Below are positions 57,216 to 64,000 of a stretch of DNA of 64,000 bases, piece after piece (position 1 is the first letter of the stretch; every line of letters begins with the position of its first letter). Source of the stretch: Eledone cirrhosa (Eukaryota); assembly GCA_964016885.1 (NCBI GenBank), contig OZ024741.1, forward strand, positions 215,016,001-215,080,000. The letters run 5' to 3'. Position numbers and translations under genes: made by a program. The notes under the pieces were generated by a model. It saw only the letters and a list, made by a program, of their open reading frames with translations, was not told where the DNA came from and did not search any database.

Positions 57216-57849
57216 ACACACACAGATATATATATATATAGTGGCAGACTGGGTCTAAAAATAATTGGCGGCCAGGACAATTACGAAAATCTTATGAAAA
57301 TTCAAACTTATAAACCGGCAACCCCACCGAGTTTACATGGTGAGGAGGGTGATTTTGGACACCCTGTAGAACAAAAAAACAAAATCTGACAAAGGGCGGA
57401 AGAAATCATAAGTGACAATGGTCATCCAAAATTGTGTAAATATGTATAGAAATATGTACATATGTATGTATATGTATATATTTATATTCATGTGTGCATG
57501 TGTGTGAAGGTCCCCTAGCCTTTGTCAGGGCATTCTGCCAGGAGAAGGCAACTTAGGGAACTGGGATAACACCGACATAAAACCTGCGACTCAGTAGATA
57601 CCGATGACGTTGATCTTTTCTTCTTTTGGGGTTATAGCTACTGTCGCTCAGAGAGTGTGATTGGCGCAGTGCAGTCTTTCCTCACTTTAAAAATATCTTC
57701 ACGCACAGGCATTGCACGATAGAAAATTATTAATAATGCTATCGTGCAATGGCCATACTCGATAACGAGGGGGCACCGATCATATATATATATAATATAT
57801 TATAAAATAACAGGAGGCTGGACTGGTGTAAATCTTTAAACGGTTTATT

Positions 57850-57907
57850 ATACTATGATCATTTCAATGGCCGGGTTCAGTATGAATCCGGTGACATCAT
57901 CAGGTAT
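57850..57907 (-). ncRNA. Type I HHR
   Basis: The reverse complement is ATAC-CTGATGA-TGTCA CCGG ATTCATACTGAAC CCGG CCATT-GAA-ATGATCAT-A-GTAT. The base of stem II is imperfect. Confidence 0.68.
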
Positions 57908-59263
57908 TCGAAATATAACAAAGGAATATAATGGACAAAATCCATGGGGGCTGAAAATCAGAGACATGAGGGCGGCCGACCATTTAGAAATTCTACCCCG
58001 GTTGGCCGCCCTCGAGTGTTGATTATTAAGCCTACGTATTTCCATCTGGTGAAGGGGTATAGTGTACTACTACCACCCCGTTACAGACAGAGGCCAGCGT
58101 TGAGATCAGGTTAGAATCAAGCTGGTCATGAGTGCTAGAAAGTGCCGCGAAAAATATTTTTTTGAAGAACATATATCTTTAACAAAGCTATATACAGTAA
58201 TATATAGTGGGCGTCTGTATGGTATAATGTATGGACAGAAATTGCGATTAACAATTAGAAACGTTAAATTTATGTTTAGAGTTAGAAGATGCCATTTAAG
58301 ATGAAATTAGAAAAATAAGATTTAGGATTAGAGTTGGGAGATTTACTTAAGGAATTTACAGAAGGAGGCTTTTATGAAAAAGTTTAAGTGTATTATAGAT
58401 AGTCACGATAAAGTTTCAGGGTAGAATGTAGTGTAAAGATTAAGCCCATGCTTAGCGGTCAATAACCAGCGACGACTACGGACCCCGTCCAGCCCTGGGG
58501 CCAACGGTGTGTCAGCCGTTCTGAGTATTATCGTCTAGCGAAAGAAATGGAAATTTATTTTTCCGAGCACTCCAGGAATGTTAACTGTCTTAGGCGTCGG
58601 GTGTGCTAGCGGGAAGTCCGCCACCGTCGGCTGGCTATTGTATATACCAAACGATTACTAGTTATTCACAGTGGTGGGGGATTAGTTAAGTGCTAGTAGA
58701 AGGAGGCATGATAATGTTCTAGTAAGGCTGATCGACCCGAGCGCCTGGCGTGCAGTCTGGAAAGCTGCCACATCCGTCGGATCATCACGTGTACCAAACG
58801 ATTATTAGTTATTCACACCCGTGATGTGAAGTTGAAAGTGGCAAAATCTGATGAAATGTGCAAATAGACTATATTTAAGCCCCAGTTAGTCCGGGTTATA
58901 TCTAATCTGATTCTTGGTTGGGTAGGGGGAGTGAATAAAGATAAACAGATATAAGGGTGCAGAAAGTAATATTCTAGGGTCGTGTGCTATTGATTAAAAG
59001 GATACGTATATGATGAGAGTAAAGCGAGTAAATAAATACATACATAAATATATAAATAAAACTATGAGTAAGATTCATAAATAAAATACAGTCGTACCTA
59101 GGGTGGTGATGTAGGGAGTAAAAAGAAAGTATATAAGAACATATCGAAGAACACAAACAAGACGGGTGAGTTGCGTTACATCGAATGCTCTCCATAATAT
59201 TACATCGAGGTTGACCACACGCAATGACCAGTTCTATCCAGTGGTTAACCAACAAACCTAAAG

Positions 59264-59444
<181 letters not shown>

Positions 59445-59709
59445 TAAAGTTAGTCCTTCATCAATGATCTTCCAACCATCATTGGTATTTCATCGCTTTA
59501 AAGACCATATACCTCCTGTTGGTGCGAGCAACGGCTAGAAAAAGTCGTTGGGACACGTAAATAAAGGGGACACGAGAGTGTAAACAAACAAAGATGGCGA
59601 AGCAACGAAAAGTGAGGAAGAAGGAGTCAAGTCCCAAATTTCCATGAATATAAGTTCGGTGAAATCGTGAACGGGAGAGAATCAAGACCATCAAACCTGG
59701 TTGGAATGT

Positions 59710-60860
59710 GAGCAGTACATAAATATATGTATACAGACATACAGTAGTATGTATATATATATACATACATGCACACATATATATATATGTACGTATGGAT
59801 TCACCAAACATTTATTATAATGCTCGGTGTGTTTGTAAACAAACATCCCGAATTAAGCCGTACAGTGTCTAGCAACCATCGTTGCTCATTTGTTGAACAC
59901 TGATAAAGGAACGCTGTACTAGTTTCAAGCTTATTAACTATCGTCAGCAACGTATACCTTCCTGCCAGATGATTGAACGTCTCAAAGTATATACTTTCCT
60001 TATGCATATTAACGGCTGAGCAGCCTAATTTGAATATCGAGTGAGTTAATCAGCCGGGGTGCCGTTAATATGCATAAGGAAAGAATATACTTTCAGACGT
60101 TCAATCATCTGGCAGGAAGGTATACGTTGCTGACGATGGCTAATAAGCTTGAAACAAGTACACCGTTCCTTTGTCAGTGTTGAACAAATGAGCAACGATG
60201 GTTGCTAGACACTGTACGGCTTAATTCGGGATGTTTGTTTACAAACACACCGAACATTATAATAAATGTTCGGTGAATGCATACGTACATATATATATAT
60301 GTGTGCATGTATGTATATATATATAAATACTACTGTACGTCTGTATACATATATGTATGTACGTATACATACTTATATTTAAGTAACAGCTGTACTAAGA
60401 GTGAGAAATGAAATTTCGTTTCATTTTTTCCGTTTCTCGTTTTCGGTACCCCGGCCGATTAACTCACTCGATATGCAAATTAGGCTGCTCAGTCGTTAAT
60501 ATACATAAGGAAAGTATATACTTTGAGACGTTCAATTATCTAGCAGGAAGGTATACGTTGCTGACGATAGCTAATAAGCTTGAAACTAGTACAGCCTTCC
60601 TTTGTCAGAGTTGAACAAATGAGCCACGATGGTTGCTAGACACAGTACGGCTTAATTCGGGGTGTTTGTTTACAAACACACCGAGCATTATAATAAATGT
60701 TCGGTGAATCCATACGTACATATATATATATGTGTGCATATATGTATATATATACATACTACTGTATGACTGTATACATATATGTCTGTACGTATACATA
60801 CTTATATTTAAGTAACAGCCGTACTAAGAGTGAGAAATGAAATTTCGTTTCATTTTTTCC

Positions 60861-60865
<5 letters not shown>
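59710..60865. mobile_element. R430 locus: one minus-sense monomer back-to-back with about two plus-sense monomers
   Basis: HHRs at 59911-59953(-), 60124-60166(+) and 60555-60597(+). Period 431 bp; inversion junction ~60060. Confidence 0.9.
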
Positions 60866-60897
<32 letters not shown>

Positions 60898-61663
60898 CAT
60901 ATATTTGTTTTTTAAAATAATCAAATTAATTAAAATAATTCAACAGTTAAACACATATAGGAATAATAAGGTTGTTACCAAAGAGCCACAAGATTGACAA
61001 GATTACCCTAAATATGACTAATAGCTCTCGGAAAGCCATGAACGACACCACATCTTTTTAACTTTGATTTTGAAAGTAGGTTTATAATTATTAATTTTCA
61101 TTGTAGCTTTGTAACTGTCTCGGCGGCATAATGGGAGGAATCATAGACGGTGGTGATCCTGAACTAAACTGGTCGGTAATATGGTTCCTGGTAACCCTTT
61201 TCATTTTTTCCTATGGAATGTAAAATAAAAATTGAAAATGTCTACACGTAGCTCCCGATCAGGATTGAACCCAAGACCAGGATCTCCACAGTCTGCTAGT
61301 TTCACTGAGAGAGCTACGTATATCTACTGAAAATTCATACTTATAAACCTACTTTCAAAATTTTCGAAAGAAAATGATGTGGTGTCGTTCATATATTTCT
61401 TAATGTTACTGCTCTTACTTAAGGTCGACTTCATTTGGGTGTTTCATAAACTACATCCTCGTTTTGTTTCTCATCTATCTAGACTAAATTTTAACCTGTA
61501 ATCCATGTTTCATTTCTGTTACACTTCATTTCTTTCCTGTCTCTCTCTTTCTCTCTGTGATATTTGAATCTACTATGAATTGGGATTACCTTATTCATAT
61601 ATCGTTTCTGAATATGTTTAGCAAGATCCTTTATCTGAAAACGTGTGTTGAAACCGATATTGT

Positions 61664-62522
61664 TATGCTTTGGGAGGGTCATGTTGCCAATAAGAAACAC
61701 ACGCACCAGTTTCTTTCACTCCAATTTATTGTAAATTAAATTTATAAATTTAAGAATTTATAAATTTCCGGTTGGTTAGTTGGTTCCACAACCGGACGGT
61801 TGTTCATATATTGTCAAAGTTCTTTCGTCGTCACAAATTCTGACCTCTTCAGTGACTGGGGATTCTTTTCTTTGTTTTTGTTCTTGAAGCTCTCGCCAGT
61901 GTTCATTAAATGAACACTGGCGAGAGCTTCAAGATAGAAAAGAATCATCTGTACTCCACCAACATGCTAAAATAGAACATAAGGATAAATTAGAGAACAT
62001 AGAAATAAAAATAGAATCTACACAGAGAAAAGACGCAATGTTTAGACAAATCACAGAGGCAATAAACATAAATGAACTCCAACCAAAATTAAATAGAAAA
62101 CATGAATGAAATAGCAACATCTCAACTTATAATTAAGGACAAAATGAAAACACACACACATAGAACAAACAACCAACCAGTAACATGTAAATAAACAAAT
62201 AAATAAACAAATATAAACACACACAGACACACGGATGTAACACATACGCAAACTATGCACACAACACACACACAAACAGGATGGCGTAGGACAGAACAAA
62301 GTAGAGGCACAAAAACAAAGAAAAGTATACCGTCACTGAAGAGATCACAGAATGTGTGACGAAAGAAATTTGACAATATATGAATAACCGTCCGGTTGTG
62401 GAACCAACCAACCAACCGGAAATTTATAAATTCTTAAATTTATAAATTTAATTTATAATAAATTGGACTGAATGCAATTGGTGCGTGTGTTTCTTATTGG
62501 CAAAATGACCCTCCCAAAGCAT
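61664..62522 (+). mobile_element. Short PLE 3' remnant with HHR-bearing pLTR and inverted 5' pLTR copy
   Basis: 61906-62109 translates LNEHWRELQDRKESSVLHQHAKIEH...KDAMFRQITEAININELQPKLNRKHE*, a GIY-YIG-like C-terminus not in the ORF track. 61664-61885 is inverted at 62305-62522. HHRs at 61813-61856(-) and 62332-62374(+), with stem I GTCA/TGAC and a CTGAAGA core. Confidence 0.8.
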
Positions 62523-62652
62523 AAGTTATTCATAAATATATATATATATGTTTTTACATGTCAGTTGCATTCAAACTTACAATGATATGCATTATATATA
62601 TATATATACATATACAGTTGAAAATTGCAAACTCGACTGTCACCACATATCA

Positions 62653-62691
62653 TGAACCTGAAGATTGCGAAAGCATGAAAGTACTTGTTCA
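62653..62691 (+). ncRNA. Minimal type I HHR
   Basis: TGAAC-CTGAAGA-TTGC GAAA GCAT-GAA-AGTACT-T-GTTCA: 5-bp stem I, GNRA-capped stem II, palindromic stem III. Confidence 0.78.
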
Positions 62692-62805
62692 ATTAACACT
62701 TAGAATTTAATATTCTATCATACTATTTCATTATAATACCATTATATATATTTTAAAGGATTGTAAATAAAACGAGTAAATCAGACAAAGTTGGAATTCC
62801 TCTTA

Positions 62806-62900
<95 letters not shown>

Positions 62901-63240
62901 CAATGGAATTGTGGTAAGGAACCAGATGGACCATAGCGCACCAGAGTACTCAATACTTAGGGTAGTAGAGTGGGAAATAGGAAAAAGTATGACCCCGACG
63001 GCAGATTTATCCAACAGAATTTAGTGAAATCCAGGGAAAAATCAATAAAGCCTTAACTCATGATAAAATAAAGTTTAAAATACTCATCCTTCAATTTGGA
63101 AAAACTACAAATGGTCTGTATAGTCTTGAAAAGACTATTTCACGAAAACTTTCAGTGGAGATGGTCACGGTTGGAATTCGATCAAGAGCAGAGCTCAATA
63201 CGATAACCAAATTCTCACTGATTAATATGCCAAAAAGGGA

Positions 63241-63320
<80 letters not shown>

Positions 63321-63368
63321 TATGAAAGTAAAACAAAGAAGCCTTCAATACATCAAAAGTCTTTATTA

Positions 63369-63406
63369 GCCAACAATGTTTCGTCTTATTAAGGACTCAT
63401 CAGGGC
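63369..63406 (-). ncRNA. Minimal type I HHR (related to 39269-39314)
   Basis: The reverse complement is GCC-CTGATGA-GTC CTTAATAA GAC-GAA-AC ATT GT-T-GGC. Confidence 0.72.
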
Positions 63407-64000
63407 AATTAAAACAACAAGAAGTATTATCGGCCTATACAAGCCGAAAACTCCGAAGAATATGGAGTGTACATACACTAAAGTATTGCAAGATTATGGG
63501 TAAAAATATATAATAAAAATCACTAAGGAGGTGTATAACATTTAGAACCATATTACAAATATAGTCCAAAGCAAAAAAAAATAGAGCTAAACAAAGGTGG
63601 TTATATAGAGCGGGAATTATATATAATACTATATAATATAATATAATATACTTGTAACAATATTAAAATTACAATAAAAATTAAAAGGTACAACATATAT
63701 ATGTATATGTGTACGCACACGTACGCACACATACACATACATCAATACACATATCCATCTTTAACAGCACAAATTAAACCTTATTAATAGTTTAAATATA
63801 AATAAGCATGATAGGAATAAAAATAATAATAATAGTAATAATACATATATCTAATATACATGAGGTAATAATATGATATGATTATAAGTATATAATATAT
63901 AATAAAATATACAATTATATACCATATAATATAATATAATAATAGATAATCTCCGGTTAATTTACACAAACAATATAGAAGTCACAATAATACTATAATA

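Noticed and set aside
57505-57780. RTE-like 5' UTR fragment (CCAGGAGAAGGCAACT...AAAACCT)
   Set aside because: Resemblance from memory only; no adjoining ORF or second copy in the window.
61248-61318. tRNA-like sequence on the minus strand (GGGTTCAATCC B-box)
   Set aside because: A cloverleaf cannot be completed; probably a decayed SINE head, not a tRNA gene.
63010-63245. Short stop-free complex stretch (TEFSEIQGKINKAL...)
   Set aside because: No start, splice support or recognisable domain.

Overview
This is AT-rich, microsatellite-dense eukaryotic DNA. The tRNA-derived SINEs resemble octopus SINEs as I recall them, so an octopod cephalopod source is inferred but not proven. No convincing host gene is visible, and most long ORFs in the track are simple-repeat artefacts. 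Recognisable content: (i) several Penelope-like retroelements (PLEs): one uninterrupted 590-aa RT+GIY-YIG ORF with an inverted pseudo-LTR, one frameshifted copy, and three 3' fragments; (ii) a near full-length but lesioned Tx1/L1-like LINE; (iii) two RTE fragments; (iv) non-autonomous Helitrons; (v) more than 10 SINE copies; (vi) a 3.7-kb 42-bp minisatellite. The main signal not explained by ORFs is about 20 type I hammerhead ribozyme (HHR) motifs, read by eye, from roughly ten unrelated repeat families. The clearest is a non-coding ~430-bp tandem/inverted unit with one minimal HHR per monomer, found at three HHR-bearing loci plus an HHR-less fragment cluster. It looks like a non-LTR retrozyme that could yield ~430-nt (circular) RNAs mobilised by PLEs. 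Three families carry the compensatory U3-A8 core variant (UUGANAA). All structures were paired manually and none is tested.
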